Shown here in pieces: positions 1 to 9,593 of a stretch of 64,000 nucleotides of DNA; within the stretch, counting starts at the first letter, position 1, and every line of letters starts with the position of its first letter. The stretch comes from Thermoanaerobaculia bacterium (GTDB taxonomy: Bacteria; Acidobacteriota; Thermoanaerobaculia; UBA5066), in assembly GCA_963816185.1 (NCBI GenBank), contig CAWFJJ010000008.1:32001-96000 (forward strand), read 5' to 3'. Position numbers and translations under genes: made by a program. A model generated the notes under the pieces. That model did not search any database. It was not told where the DNA came from and was given only the letters and a program-made list of their open reading frames with translations.

Positions 1-706
1 TTTCGATCTCAGGCCCCCCGTTCGCCGTAGGGTTACCACGAGTCGGGACGAGACCTCGCACCCCGAGCGCGTCGAATCGCTCCAGGATGGCGAGCCAGCC
101 CTTGATGTCGCTGTCGGGGTCCGAGAGCATCGGGCAACGGTCCGTCGTCACGAGATCGCCCGCGAACACCGTGTGCGTCGAAGCGTCGAAGACGTAGAGG
201 TCGAACGCGGTGTGCGCGTTTCCCGCCGGCACGCCGATCTCGAAAGCCTGCTTGCCGGCCACGAGCACGATGCGGTCGAAGATCCCGATCACGTGGGGAG
301 CCTTCGCTTTCTCCTGGGCGATCGCGCCCGTGGCGCGAGCGTTCACGAAGATCGTCGCGTCCGTTGGAAGAAAAGTCGTGAAGCCGTCGTTCGAGTCGGA
401 GTGAATGTGCGTCATCGCGATCCATTTGATCGGCTTGTTCTTCGTGGTTCTCGCGATCTCGGATTTGAGATTCTTCGCATCCGCCGCGGTCGCACCCGTG
501 TCGATGACGAGAACGCCGTCGCCCGTGTCGATCCACGAGCAGTTCGTTGGACCGAACCGGCCATACCACGAGTTCGGATAGGGCTGTGCCACCTCGAAGG
601 GGGGAAGGTCGGGAGCCTTCGGTTTCGGCCTTTCTGCCGCGAACGCGGAGCGAGCGGCGAGAACGAGGGCGAGAGCGGCGAGCGAGGTCGGGATCGATCG
701 ATTCAT
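1..706 (-). CDS. Secreted MBL-fold metallo-hydrolase, 3' end runs off the window
   Basis: Not in the ORF track; translated by hand from ATG 706 (AGGAGA RBS at 711-716). MNRSIPTSLAALALVLAARSAFA signal peptide, then VLVIDTG, THIHSDS, AHTAFD and FAGDLV motifs. Confidence 0.85.
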   Translation of the reverse strand, partial: MNRSIPTSLAALALVLAARSAFAAERPKPKAPDLPPFEVAQPYPNSWYGRFGPTNCSWIDTGDGVLVIDTGATAADAKNLKSEIARTTKNKPIKWIAMTHIHSDSNDGFTTFLPTDATIFVNARATGAIAQEKAKAPHVIGIFDRIVLVAGKQAFEIGVPAGNAHTAFDLYVFDASTHTVFAGDLVTTDRCPMLSDPDSDIKGWLAILERFDALGVRGLVPTRGNPTANGGPEIE

Positions 707-717
707 TGAGTCTCCTG

Positions 718-2247
718 TCATTGGGGACGGTCGGGTCCGACGGCCGAAGCCGGCGATTCGGAATGTTCGTGAGCGGAGGCGAGAGCGGCGGCGAGCGTCC
801 CGTCGCGGAACGACGCGAGGGCGGACTCCCTCTCCCGTGCGATGCCGTCCTCGAGACGTTGGAGGCGATCCCTCGAGGCGAGGGTCCGCTTGGCGGCGGC
901 GAGAGAGGCGATCGGCCGTTCGGCGTAATGCGCCGCGCGCTGAAGTGTCAAAGGCAGCGCGGAGCCGTCCTCGGCGACGAGATCGACGAGGCCGAGCTCC
1001 CGGGCGCGAGCGGCCGAGATCGTCTCGCCCGAGAACGCGACGTCGGCGGCGGCCGAGGGCGACGCGAGAGACGCGAGAAAGACGCTCGCGCCCGCCTCGA
1101 GCGCGGGGAAGAACGGCGAAACACCGAAGACCGCTTCGTGCGGCGGGCTGCCGCGCGCGATCCGCTGGTCACATGCGAGAGCGAGGGAGAAACCTGCCCC
1201 GAAGGCCGGACCATCGACGGCCGCGAGAATCGGCCGGGATGCCGACGCAAGCGTGTGTGCGGCCCGCGAGAGCGCGTCGAGCTGGCGGGCGAAGCCCTCC
1301 TCGTCGTGGAGCGCGACGAGAGCCGCGAGAAGGTCCGGGTCGAATCCCCGGGAGAAGGCGTCCCCCAGGCCCGTCAGGACGATGGCCGGAACCGTCGGAT
1401 CCTCGGCGAGCGTCGCCACGGTGTCCGCGAGCAACTGGGCCATATCTCCCGCGAAGGCGTTCCCCACCGCCGGCCTCGCGAGCTTCACGACGGCGAGCGG
1501 GCCTTCGAGGGAGACGAAGACGAGCGGTTCGGCCGCGCGGCCGCCGGCGCGCGCCTGGGCCTTGCAGGCGTCGAGAAACACCTCGAACAGCGCTTTGTGC
1601 TTCCGCTCCGCGACGAGGTTCTCGGGGTGCCACTGAACGGCGGCGACGAAACCGCCCCCGGGCCGCTCGAACGCCTCGACGAGGTCGTCCGCCGACGCCG
1701 CCAGCGGTACGAGGCCCGGTGCGAGATCTTTCACGCCCTGGTGATGCCGCGAGTTCACGGTCGTCCCTTCGAGCGCAGCGACGGCCGTCGCGAATGGCGT
1801 GGGTGAGGACATCCGCCGCGCCCGCACGACGTGCGCGGGGCGGTCCTTTCGCGAGTGCGGATTCGCATCTGTCTCATGCGAGACGCCGCGCGAGCGCTGT
1901 GAGGGCAGGTCCTGCCACAGCGTGCCTCCAAGCGCGACGTTCATCGTCTGAATCCCGCGGCAGATGCCGAAGACCGGTGCGCCGAGCTTCTCCGCGGCGG
2001 AAAAGAGCGTGAAGTCGAGCGTGTCCCGTTCGGGATGGAGATCGAGAGTCGGCGTCGAGGGCGCCTCGCCGTAGAGGTTCGGCGCGACGTCGGCTCCGCC
2101 CGCGAGCAGCAACCCGTCGAACAGGCCGGGATCGGGGTCGCCCGGAGTCACGACGACGACCTCTTCGGGGAGGGCTCCCGCCGCGAGGAGGGCGCCGCGA
2201 TACGTCGCGTTTGGCTGATTCGCGTCGGACGCGATGACGATCTTCAT
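718..2247 (-). CDS. Class I glutamine amidotransferase (peptidase C26/PuuD-like) fused to an enoyl-CoA hydratase/isomerase-like domain
   Basis: N-half has GLLLAGGADV, GICRG, VNSRHHQ and VQWHPE. C-half has crotonase motifs IVLTGLG.AFSRG, AAVDGPAFGAG.SLALACD and ARELGLVD. Confidence 0.85.
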   Translation of the reverse strand: MKIVIASDANQPNATYRGALLAAGALPEEVVVVTPGDPDPGLFDGLLLAGGADVAPNLYGEAPSTPTLDLHPERDTLDFTLFSAAEKLGAPVFGICRGIQTMNVALGGTLWQDLPSQRSRGVSHETDANPHSRKDRPAHVVRARRMSSPTPFATAVAALEGTTVNSRHHQGVKDLAPGLVPLAASADDLVEAFERPGGGFVAAVQWHPENLVAERKHKALFEVFLDACKAQARAGGRAAEPLVFVSLEGPLAVVKLARPAVGNAFAGDMAQLLADTVATLAEDPTVPAIVLTGLGDAFSRGFDPDLLAALVALHDEEGFARQLDALSRAAHTLASASRPILAAVDGPAFGAGFSLALACDQRIARGSPPHEAVFGVSPFFPALEAGASVFLASLASPSAAADVAFSGETISAARARELGLVDLVAEDGSALPLTLQRAAHYAERPIASLAAAKRTLASRDRLQRLEDGIARERESALASFRDGTLAAALASAHEHSESPASAVGPDRPQ

Positions 2248-2318
2248 AGACGGCTGAAAGAGGCTTTCCGGGCGGGCAGCGCCGCGCGGGAGGCGGGTCG
2301 GGCGATTATAGAGACGAC

Positions 2319-3491
2319 ATGGGAACCGGACGGCGTGTCGTCGTGACGGGAATGGGCGCCGAGACCGCTCTCGGCCGCGGCGTGGACGCGCTCTGGGAGG
2401 GCGCGCTTCTCGGGCGGTCGGCGATCCGGCCGGTCACGCGGTTCGACACCCGGCGATTTCACGCGCGACAGGCGGCCTTGATCGATCGCGACCGGGGGCC
2501 GGACGGCGAGGATTTGGAGACCCTATTCGCCTGTGACGCCGCGATCGAGGCGCTCGCGTCGTGCCCTGACTTCGGCGGCGGCAACGCGGGAATCGCCGTC
2601 GGGACGACGCTCGCCGGAAACGGAGCCCTCACGAATTGGCTCGCGTCGCGGACCGGCGGAGCGGCGACGCTCTCCCGAGGCGACCCCGGCGCACTGTCTC
2701 GCGAGCTTGCCGAACGGCACGGCGCGCGCGGCCCCGTCGCGACGGTCTCCGTCGCGTGCGCGTCGGGCGCGGCGGCGGTCGGGCTCGCCGCGGAGTGGAT
2801 TCGAGAGGGGCGCGCGACCCGGGTCCTCGCGGGCGGGGCCGACGCCGTCTCTCCCTTCGTCTTCTCCGGCTTCGACGCGCTGCGCGCGCTCAGCGCGTCC
2901 GTGGCCCGGCCGTTCGACGTCGCGCGTGACGGCCTCACGCTGGGCGAAGGCGCGGGGTTCCTCCTTCTCGAGGAGGAGGGTCAGGCGCGCCGGCGCGGAG
3001 CGGCGATTCTCGCGTGGGTCGCAGGATACGGTTCGGGCTCGGACGCGCATCACATGACGCGCCCGGATCCCGAGGGGCGCGGCCTCGCGAGAGCCGTGAA
3101 GACCGCGCTCTTTCAGGCGGGCCGGGTTCCGTCGGACGTGGACTTCGTCAGCGCCCATGGCACGGGGACGACGTTCAACGACGCGATGGAAGAGGCCGCC
3201 CTGGCGCACGTCCTCGGCGCCAGAGCACGGTTGGTGCCGGTGAACGGGATCAAGGGAGCGATCGGGCATACGCTCGGCGCGGCGGGCGCGCTCGAGGCGA
3301 TCCTTTCCGTGCTCGTCCTCGCTCATCAACGCGTCCCGCCCACGGCCGGGCACGCGACCGCGCGCCCGGATTCGCCGCTACGGATCGTCTCCGGTGCGCC
3401 GCTTTCCGCGGAGAAGCCGATCGCCATCGCGCTGTCGACCTCGGCGGCTTTCGGGGGCACGAACGCGGCCCTCATCCTGGAGCGCGCGTGA
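2319..3491 (+). CDS. Beta-ketoacyl-ACP synthase (FabF/type II KS-like)
   Basis: RRVVVTGMG, VACASG (active Cys), HGTGT, KGAIGHTLGAAG and AFGGTNA. Confidence 0.93.
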   Translation: MGTGRRVVVTGMGAETALGRGVDALWEGALLGRSAIRPVTRFDTRRFHARQAALIDRDRGPDGEDLETLFACDAAIEALASCPDFGGGNAGIAVGTTLAGNGALTNWLASRTGGAATLSRGDPGALSRELAERHGARGPVATVSVACASGAAAVGLAAEWIREGRATRVLAGGADAVSPFVFSGFDALRALSASVARPFDVARDGLTLGEGAGFLLLEEEGQARRRGAAILAWVAGYGSGSDAHHMTRPDPEGRGLARAVKTALFQAGRVPSDVDFVSAHGTGTTFNDAMEEAALAHVLGARARLVPVNGIKGAIGHTLGAAGALEAILSVLVLAHQRVPPTAGHATARPDSPLRIVSGAPLSAEKPIAIALSTSAAFGGTNAALILERA

Positions 3492-4444
3492 GGCAAGTCT
3501 TTCTCGTCTCGGCGGCGCTCGCGGACGCGGGCGAGAACGGCGCGCGTGAGGATGCGAACCGCCTGCGCCGGATGGACCGCTTTGGCCGGACGGGCTTCCT
3601 CGCGGGAACGCGCGCCTTCGCGGTCTCGGGCGCTCCTCGTCCGGCGGCGCCGGACGGGCGCTCCGGCGTCATCGTCGGCACGCGGCACGGCTGCCGCCCG
3701 GCGATCACGGAGCACGCCGCGCGACTCGCGGCGGCGACACGTGTCGAGGACCTCGCCCCCTCGGTTTTCGCGGCTACCGTTCACAACAGCGTGAACGGCG
3801 AGCTCGCCATGGCCCTCGGCCTCGGCGGCGTCTGCGAGACGATCGTCTCGGGGCGCACGTCCGGCCTCGAGGCCCTGATTCTCGGGGCGCGGCGCGTCGC
3901 CTCGAGCGACGCGGACCGCCTGCTCGTCGTCGCGGCCGAGGGCGTCGACGACGCGGGGCGTGAGGCGTGGGAAGAGGAAAAGCTTGCTTTCGGAGAGAGG
4001 GCGGCGGGTGTCGACCTGGTTGAAACTGGCGCGGCCGTGCTGCTCCGTGCAGAGAAGGGGGAACACAGCATTCGCTTTGTCGAAGGTTGTCTTTTCTTCG
4101 AGCCGGATGCGCGGCGGGCGTCGGCGCGCGTGTTGGAGTGGATGAGAGATTTCGAGGCGCAAGGCGGGGCCGGCCTCACGCCTCCAGCGGTTGTCGAACT
4201 TTGCTCGCCGGTGTATGAAGATTTCTTAGAAGGGGAAGAAAGAGGAGGAGAAGGGGGCGCGCGAAGCATCGAGCGATTCGGCGCCGCGGGCCTATACGAA
4301 ATTGCCTGCGAGGTTCTTGCTGGGCGCGCGCCGGCGACGGATGCGCTCTCGACCCATTCACCTTCTAAGAAAATACGAGCGTACGTAACGCGAGACGTGA
4401 CAGGTGCAGTGGCTGCGGTCGCCCTTGAGCTCTTCTCTTTCTAA
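3488..4444 (+). CDS. Catalytically inactive KS-like protein (chain-length-factor type)
   Basis: GTG overlaps the KS stop (GTGA). RLRRMDRF, PSVFAATVHNS and SGRTSGLEAL (no Cys). Confidence 0.8.
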   Translation: MRQVFLVSAALADAGENGAREDANRLRRMDRFGRTGFLAGTRAFAVSGAPRPAAPDGRSGVIVGTRHGCRPAITEHAARLAAATRVEDLAPSVFAATVHNSVNGELAMALGLGGVCETIVSGRTSGLEALILGARRVASSDADRLLVVAAEGVDDAGREAWEEEKLAFGERAAGVDLVETGAAVLLRAEKGEHSIRFVEGCLFFEPDARRASARVLEWMRDFEAQGGAGLTPPAVVELCSPVYEDFLEGEERGGEGGARSIERFGAAGLYEIACEVLAGRAPATDALSTHSPSKKIRAYVTRDVTGAVAAVALELFSF

Positions 4445-4465
4445 GCGATTTTTTGTTTCTCCGAA

Positions 4466-6191
4466 CTAGCGATTTCCTTTTTCTTCGAGCAGCTCGTCGG
4501 GCTGCGGCACGGTGGGGATGGCCTTCTTCGGCAGGGGAGAGGAATCGCCTTCCGCACAGGCCTTGCGCCACCGCTCTGCGGCGGCGCGCAACGGCGCGGG
4601 GCCGGGGTCGCGTGCGAGGGCTTGGTCGAGGAGCTGCACCGCCCGCACGCGGTTTCCGAGTCGCGCCTCGATCTCGCCGAGCTTCGCCGTCCGCCTCGGC
4701 AAAATCGGGCGCGAGGTCGTACGCACGCCGGGCATCGCGCGCGGCGGCTTCGAGCCAGCCGTTCGTCCGGCCGTGCTCGAGCCGCCGTACGGAGGTAAGC
4801 GCCTCGCGCGCGCGGAGGTATCGGCCGAATCCTCCGTCCGTGAGCCAGGCGTCCGCGGGGATCGGTTCGGCCGTCGTCGGAGGCGGGCCGGCGGCGCTCG
4901 CGAGGACGGCGTCGAGGTCCACGGGCAGATACGGTCCAAGCGTGTGAGGCGCGGCGGCCACCCAGGCGCGCCTGTGCGTGAGATCGAAGACGACCGAGTG
5001 CGCGGCGATCGAGGCGTCGATGGCGTTGCGGTTTCCGGGGCCGAGCTCCCTCCCGTCCGCGTCGCGCCTGTCTCGCAGGATCGCGACTGCGGTGGTCACG
5101 TCGAGAGATCGGCCAGCCGCCTGGAGAAGGACGTCGAGGCGGGCGTGCCTTTTCCGCGACGTCGATCCCGGCGGCAGGACGCCGCGCGCCTCGACGCACC
5201 GCGGGGTCCTCGGCCTCGTTCGTGACGCCGAGCGAAGCGCCCGTGCTCTCGCGCACGGCGAACGCGGAGGGGCTCTTCTCGACGACCGCGAATCGGCCGG
5301 CCCGAGCGTCACCGAGGAGGATCAGGTCGGACACGAAGACCCTCGCGGCGCGCAGGCGGGAGAGGGCGCCGTCGAACGTGCTCTCGTTCCTGAGGACATC
5401 CGCGAGGAGGAGCGTCATGGGAGTGCCCGACGCCGCCGTCTCGCCGCCCGCGATCGCCTGGATGGCGACACCGATCCCCTCGCGATTGAAGCCGGAGGCG
5501 ACGCCGAGCATTCCCGAGAATCCGACGGAGAGGTAAGGGATCTTCCCTTCGGCCGCCACGACCGACACGAGCTTCTGGCGGTCGAAAATGTCGCCGCCCT
5601 CGAAGTCGAAATTGCGCGCGAGGAGAAGCGACCCGCCTTTTCCTTTCGCGAGGAAGCCCGTGCATGCCGCCGCGAGCGCCGGCGCGTCCACGAAACGCTG
5701 AGAGATGTCGTGTAGCGCGTGAAGGTCGAGTATCCGGCGGTACGCGTTCCAGCCCGAGACCGGTGGCACGCGCTCATAGCCGTCCGCGAGTCCGGAGATG
5801 GAGACGAGGAGGTCCTCCGGGATCTCGTCCGGCAGCCTTCGCAGACGGAATGCGGAGAGCTGCCTGATGAGAGACCTCTTGAAACCGCCGGGGATGAGCA
5901 CCCTGAAAAGCCCGTCGAGATGCGTCTCCTGTGAACGGATCCACGGGCGCGTGAGGCGGCCGAACGAGAAGCCGAGCTCGTAGGGCGCGCCCGCGAAGCG
6001 CCCGACGAGAATTTCACCGGCGCCCCGGCCGCCCGGTCCTTCGCCACCCACGAGCTGCCGAGCCGGCGCACCTCGCCGAGGACCTCCGGCTCGACGTCGG
6101 CCGCGAAGGCAGAGGGCGCGCTCTCGGGCCGCCGCGGCGCGCAGCCGGCGAGGCAGATCGCGGCCGCGAGGAACGCGAGCACGCGTCTCAC
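4466..6191 (-). CDS. C45-family (Ntn-hydrolase) acyltransferase/peptidase lipoprotein with a C-terminal TPR-like helix; split by about 3 frameshifts
   Basis: Pieces from ORFs 5415..6227 (MRRVLAFLAAAICLAGC lipobox), 4441..6051 (AAACTGF..LLARNFDF), 4365..5312 and 4466..4939 join into one protein. Confidence 0.8.
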
Positions 6192-7138
6192 GCAGCGTCC
6201 TCCCAGAAGCGCGTGAAGAGGTACCACTGCGTGGGGTTTTCGCGGATCGTGCGCGTGAGCGTCGCGACGAAGCTCTCCATTGCCGCAGTGAGCGCGTCTT
6301 CGTCTGCTTCTCGCGACCCGCGCACGTGCTTTACGAGAATGGGCGCCTCGACGACCGTGCTGTACCGCCCGTCGTCCTCCTGAAGGACGAAAACGGGGAA
6401 GAGGGGGGCACCAGAAGCCTGGGCGAGGCGGAATGGGCCGATGGGGAACGAGGCCGTCTTGCCGAAGAACGGCAGCCGGCGCCCCGTTCCCGAAACGTCA
6501 CGGTCGCCCTGCATGGCGACGAAGCCGTTCGACCTGAGCGCCCTGAGGATCGGGACGGACGCGAAAGGGGAAGTGGTCACGGGGATGCCGATCACACCCA
6601 GCGAGCGCCGCGCACTCTCGCGGTGCCTCTCGACGACCGGCGAAGGATCCGGGGCGTACACCGCATAGGTCGTGATGCCCATTTCACGCAGGAACAGTCC
6701 GCCGAGCTCGAAGTTGCCCACGTGCGCCGTAAGCAGAATGGCGCCTGTGCCTTCGCGGTGTGCGGCCGCGAGCTGTTCGTCGCCGACCCGTCTCGCGAGG
6801 AGCGCCGCGGGATCGATGTCAGGCCTGCCGCTGCAGCGGAGAAGGTCGATCCAAAGGCGCGAGTGGCGGGAGACCATCATGCGCGCCGTTTCCTCGACGC
6901 GGCGATCCGTGGCTGGGACGCCCAACACGCGAGCGACGTTGCCGCAAATGGCCTCGTGGACGTGCCCGCGCCTCCAAAGCGCCTGCTCCACCGTGATCGA
7001 GGCGAGACGCGCGACCCAGGCGGGCGGCACCGTCCGCGCCATCCACCGGAAGAACGGGAACCAGAGCCCAAACGTGGCATTCGCCAGGCTCGAGACGATC
7101 GTCGCTTCCTCGGCGTTCTCGATGGGCCCCTTCGTCAC
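6188..7138 (-). CDS. Lipid A-type (LpxL/HtrB-family) lysophospholipid acyltransferase
   Basis: LLTAHVGNFE, GDRD, PFFG, GPFRLA and C-terminal PTQWYLF. Confidence 0.9.
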   Translation of the reverse strand: MTKGPIENAEEATIVSSLANATFGLWFPFFRWMARTVPPAWVARLASITVEQALWRRGHVHEAICGNVARVLGVPATDRRVEETARMMVSRHSRLWIDLLRCSGRPDIDPAALLARRVGDEQLAAAHREGTGAILLTAHVGNFELGGLFLREMGITTYAVYAPDPSPVVERHRESARRSLGVIGIPVTTSPFASVPILRALRSNGFVAMQGDRDVSGTGRRLPFFGKTASFPIGPFRLAQASGAPLFPVFVLQEDDGRYSTVVEAPILVKHVRGSREADEDALTAAMESFVATLTRTIRENPTQWYLFTRFWEDAA

Positions 7139-7185
7139 GGGCGTGAGAATGCCACGGCGGCGCCGGGCGCTAACATCTCCGGCAA

Positions 7186-8283
7186 ATGCGAAAACCTGTC
7201 GTCCTCATCACGGGGGCCAGCGGAGAGATCGGACACGGCCTGATCACGCGCCTCGCCGCCGACGGCTCGCGGCCCATCCTCACGCTCGACCTCAAGCCGC
7301 TCGAGGCCGAGCAGGGCCGTCTCGTCGCGCGCGAGTTCGTCGGCTCGATCCTCGACCGGACCGTCCTCGAGCGGATCCTCTCCGAGTTCGAGATCGACCT
7401 CATCTTTCACCTCGCGGCGCTCCTCTCCACGCGCGGCGAGTTCACGCCGGTGACGGCGCATCAGGTGAACGTGGAGGGGACGCTCAACCTCCTCGAGTTC
7501 GCGCAGAGCGAGCGCCAGTCGCACGGGCGGCCCGTCGCGTTCCTGTATCCGTCCTCGATCGCCGCGTACGGCCTTCCCGACCTCGCGACGAAGTCTCGCG
7601 CCGGACGCGTGAAGGAGGACGACTTCAACCAGCCGACCACGATGTACGGCTGCAACAAGCTCTACGCAGAGCACCTCGGCCGGTACTACTCGCGGCACTA
7701 CAAGCAGCTCTCGTCCGAGACGGTGAGCTCTCGCGTGGATTTCCGGTGCGTGCGCTTCCCCGGGCTCATCTCCGCCGTGACGATGCCTTCGGGCGGAACC
7801 TCCGACTACGCTCCCGAAATGATCCACGAGGCCGCGCAGGGGAATCCCTACGCGTGCTTCGTCCGCGAGGACACGCGCATCCCGTTCATGGCGATGCCGG
7901 ATGCCGTCGAGGCTCTTCTCAGGCTCGCGGCCGCGCCCGCCGGGGCCCTCACGCGGCAGGTCTACAACGTGGGGGCGTTCCACCCCTCGGCCGGCGAGAT
8001 CCGGGACCTCGTGGCCGGGGCTTTTCCGGGCGCCCGCATCACGTTCGAGCCCGACCTCAAGCGCCAGGGCATCGTGGACTCATGGCCCGCCGACGTGGAC
8101 GACGCGGCGGCCAGGAGAGACTGGGGGTTCTCACCGCGCTTCGACCTGAAGCGGGCGTTCGCCGAGTATCTGATTCCGACGATCCGGAAGCAGTACCAGC
8201 GCAGGGGCCTTAGTCCCCCGCCTCGTCGTCGCGGTGGAAGGCGCCGGCCCCGGCGAGGACGGGGTCGAGGTCGAAGGGCTTAA
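7186..8283 (+). CDS. NAD-dependent epimerase/dehydratase family, SDR-type L-threonine 3-dehydrogenase-like
   Basis: LITGASGEIG, HLAALLS, YGCNK, GGTSDY and RQGIVDSWP. The last ~25 codons overlap the convergent gene and are uncertain. Confidence 0.85.
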   Translation: MRKPVVLITGASGEIGHGLITRLAADGSRPILTLDLKPLEAEQGRLVAREFVGSILDRTVLERILSEFEIDLIFHLAALLSTRGEFTPVTAHQVNVEGTLNLLEFAQSERQSHGRPVAFLYPSSIAAYGLPDLATKSRAGRVKEDDFNQPTTMYGCNKLYAEHLGRYYSRHYKQLSSETVSSRVDFRCVRFPGLISAVTMPSGGTSDYAPEMIHEAAQGNPYACFVREDTRIPFMAMPDAVEALLRLAAAPAGALTRQVYNVGAFHPSAGEIRDLVAGAFPGARITFEPDLKRQGIVDSWPADVDDAAARRDWGFSPRFDLKRAFAEYLIPTIRKQYQRRGLSPPPRRRGGRRRPRRGRGRGRRA

Positions 8284-9568
8284 CCCACTTGTCGACGACG
8301 CTTTTCGTCCCCGGGACGCGAAGCTTCTCGAAGAGGAAGCCGAACTTCTCCTCGAGGCGCCTCCCGATCCCGACGCGCACGGGTTCCGGCAGGTCCCACG
8401 CGGCCTTCTTGAACGGCCCGATCGCCTTCTTGCGCGAGCGATAGAGGAACTGCTCGTCGGTGTCCTTCGGCTTCCTCTCGTCGGCCGCGTTCGCGTGCAC
8501 CCAGGCGTACATCTCCTCGCGAAGGCCTTTCGGAAGCCCTTCGTACGTCATGTTCTGGAACTCGGTCGCGAGGTGGACCTCCGAGGCGCCGTGCTCGGGA
8601 AACTGGTGGAAGTTCTCCGGTGCGACGGTCGACGCGCCGTGCTGGACGGCGCCGGAAAGTCCGTACTCCGTCCGCGCGACTTTCGAGATGGCTTCGATCG
8701 CGTCGAAGTGGATCTCGACCTTCGCGACGGTCCCGTCCGGGAGAGGCGTGCCGCCGTGGGACGTCCCCGTGTTGATCGAGATCTTCGAGACGCCCTTCAT
8801 CCCGGCGGGCAGCGCCGCGAGATAGCCGTTCATGAAGGCGCGGAACTCCTCCGGCGTGGAGACGTCCTTGCCCACCTCGCCGATCTCCCCGCCGATCGAG
8901 ATCGTGACGCCCTTCGGCTCGCGCGCGCGGATGAAGCGCGTGAAATGCGCGGCGTTCTCGAAATTCTGCCGCTGCTGGAGCGCCTCGGTCGACTGGGACA
9001 TGTCGACGAGCGTCGACGTGTCGATGTCGATGTTCAGAAAGCCGGCCGGGATCGACTCCTCGATGAGCGCCTCGATCGCCCGCCGTTCCGCGCCGGGGTC
9101 CGCGGCGTACTTTTTCGCGTTCATCTGGAAGTGGTCGCCCTGGATGAAGACGGGTCCCCGGTGTCCTTCCTTGATCGCGGCGGCCAGGACGGCCGCTACG
9201 TACTCGCCCGGGCGCTGGTCGGTGTAGCCCATCTCGCTGCGTGCGATCTCGAGGATGAAGGCGCCCACGTCTCGCGCCTTCGCCGCGCGAAAGACCGCGC
9301 GCGCGGCGTCGTACGTGAGCATGCGGAGGTTGATGGCCGGCGTCGTGAACCCGCCTGCTTCTCCGCGCCCCATCGCGACGTAGAGCTCCTGGATGGACGC
9401 GGGCAGGATGCCGAGAGCGGCGGCGGCCTTCCGGATGGAGAGGCGCGCCTCCTCGCGATTCGCGGCATCGGCTTCGAAGACCGCGCTCCTCACGAGGTTG
9501 TCGATCGTGCGAGTCCGAAAGCCGGCGGGATCCCGCTTCACCTCTAAAAGGACGTTCTCGACGGACAT
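8210..9568 (-). CDS. Class II fructose-bisphosphate aldolase family protein
   Basis: ATG 9568 with GGGAGG RBS. IQGDH, GGEIGEVG, TGTSHGG, VQHGAST and HLATEFQ. Confidence 0.88.
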   Translation of the reverse strand: MSVENVLLEVKRDPAGFRTRTIDNLVRSAVFEADAANREEARLSIRKAAAALGILPASIQELYVAMGRGEAGGFTTPAINLRMLTYDAARAVFRAAKARDVGAFILEIARSEMGYTDQRPGEYVAAVLAAAIKEGHRGPVFIQGDHFQMNAKKYAADPGAERRAIEALIEESIPAGFLNIDIDTSTLVDMSQSTEALQQRQNFENAAHFTRFIRAREPKGVTISIGGEIGEVGKDVSTPEEFRAFMNGYLAALPAGMKGVSKISINTGTSHGGTPLPDGTVAKVEIHFDAIEAISKVARTEYGLSGAVQHGASTVAPENFHQFPEHGASEVHLATEFQNMTYEGLPKGLREEMYAWVHANAADERKPKDTDEQFLYRSRKKAIGPFKKAAWDLPEPVRVGIGRRLEEKFGFLFEKLRVPGTKSVVDKWVKPFDLDPVLAGAGAFHRDDEAGD

Positions 9569-9593
9569 GGAAGCCTCCCGGAACCGTGCGATT

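Noticed and set aside
8210-8283. 74-bp convergent overlap of the dehydrogenase and aldolase as antisense regulation
   Set aside because: The extension is low-complexity and Arg-rich; a lost stop or an indel explains it more simply.
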